Of a stretch of 64,000 nucleotides of DNA, positions 63,050 through 64,000 are shown in pieces. Source of the DNA: Raja brachyura (lineage: Eukaryota); assembly GCA_963514005.1 (NCBI GenBank), contig OY740785.1:54808001-54872000 (forward strand). The letters are read 5' to 3'. Position 1 is the first letter of the stretch. Each line of letters begins with the position of its first letter. The notes beneath the pieces were generated by a model, which saw nothing but the letters and a program-made list of their open reading frames with translations, was not told the DNA's origin and ran no database searches. The position numbers and the translations under genes are program-made.

Positions 63050-63960
63050 AGGGTAACACAGGCTGAGCGAAGGTCTTCCGCGAAACGATCACCCAGTCTG
63101 CGTTTGGTGTTGACTAAGGGATGATGACATCTCGGATGTTCTAGCATGGAACACTTCATCTTGGGCGCAGATGCGGCATAGACGGAGGAATTGTAATCAG
63201 TATCCCACGGAAATGGACAGGAATCAGTGTCCCACGGAAATGACTTCCACAGTACCTCAACTCCATCCTATCACCCCTGGTCCAAGCTTTCCTGACCTAT
63301 TTTCAAGATACCTCACATGCCCTTCGTCTCTTTAATGACTTCCGCCTTCCGAGCCCGCACTCCCTTATCTTTACTATGGACGTTCCATACTAGAACATCC
63401 GAGATGTCCTCATTCGTTAGGGAACGGAGGTTTCCCTCTCCCATCATAGATGAGGCCCTCACTTGTGTCTTCTCGGTACCCAGCAGCTCTGCCCTTGCTC
63501 CCCCTCCCCCTAGTCGCAACAGAGACAGAGACCCCTTAGTCCTTGCTTTCCACCCCACAAGCCGTCGCATACAACACATAATCCTCCGAAATTTCTGCCA
63601 CCTCCAACGGGATCGCACCACTAGCCACATTTTCCTATCTCCAACCCTTTCCGTCTTCCACACAGACCGTTCCCTCCGCAACTCCCTGGTTAACTTATCC
63701 CTTCCCACCCAAATCACCCCTCCCTTGATACCTTCCCCTGCAACCGCAGAAGACGCAACACCTCCTCCCTCAAATCTGTCCAGGACCCCGACAGTCCTTC
63801 CAGGATAGGCGGAGGTTCACTTGCTCCTCCTCCAACCTCATCTAATGTATCCGTTGTTCAAGATGTGGATTCTTATACATCGGCGAGACCAAACGCAGAC
63901 TGAGCGATCGTTTTACAGCTTTTATCCGGCTTAAACCAGCATCTGCAGTTCCTTCTTACG
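63050..63960. mobile_element. Penelope-like fragments (short inverted piece plus a forward RT-linker/GIY-YIG piece)
   Basis: PLVLAFHPTS..IQHIILRNF and CSRCGFLYIGETKRRL. 63082-63155 is the reverse complement of parts of 63380-63915. The end matches the pLTR motif CCAGCATCTGCAGTTCCTTCT. Confidence 0.75.
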
Positions 63961-64000
63961 TCATATACCAATACCATGGTTGTTCACATGCATCAAAATT

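Overview
This is eukaryotic (vertebrate) genomic DNA. The repeat families suggest a cartilaginous fish such as a skate or ray, but that is inference. One host gene is clear, and the ORF track misses it because it is spliced: a complete 3-exon CENPW (CDS 34193-34285, 38666-38779, 40211-40237; 77 aa) with a CpG-rich promoter. Most of the rest is nested transposons: three DIRS-type tyrosine-recombinase retroelements, a two-LTR Gypsy element plus a remnant, L1, L2, several CR1 LINEs, Penelope (GIY-YIG) fragments, a V-SINE and several MITE families. There is a 200-N gap at 58154-58353. The most unusual signal is a family of tiny (about 90-430 bp) non-coding insertions, five of them flanked by target-site duplications (TSDs), built around a minimal hammerhead ribozyme core (CTGAAGA-stem II-GAAACGTC). 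It includes a perfect 96-bp-arm hairpin, a direct-repeat form that ends at the predicted cleavage site, and a copy in CENPW intron 1. Also notable: a U2 snRNA fragment captured inside a DIRS element, and two inverted ~1-kb TIR elements with 7-bp TSDs that bracket the CENPW promoter and exon 1.
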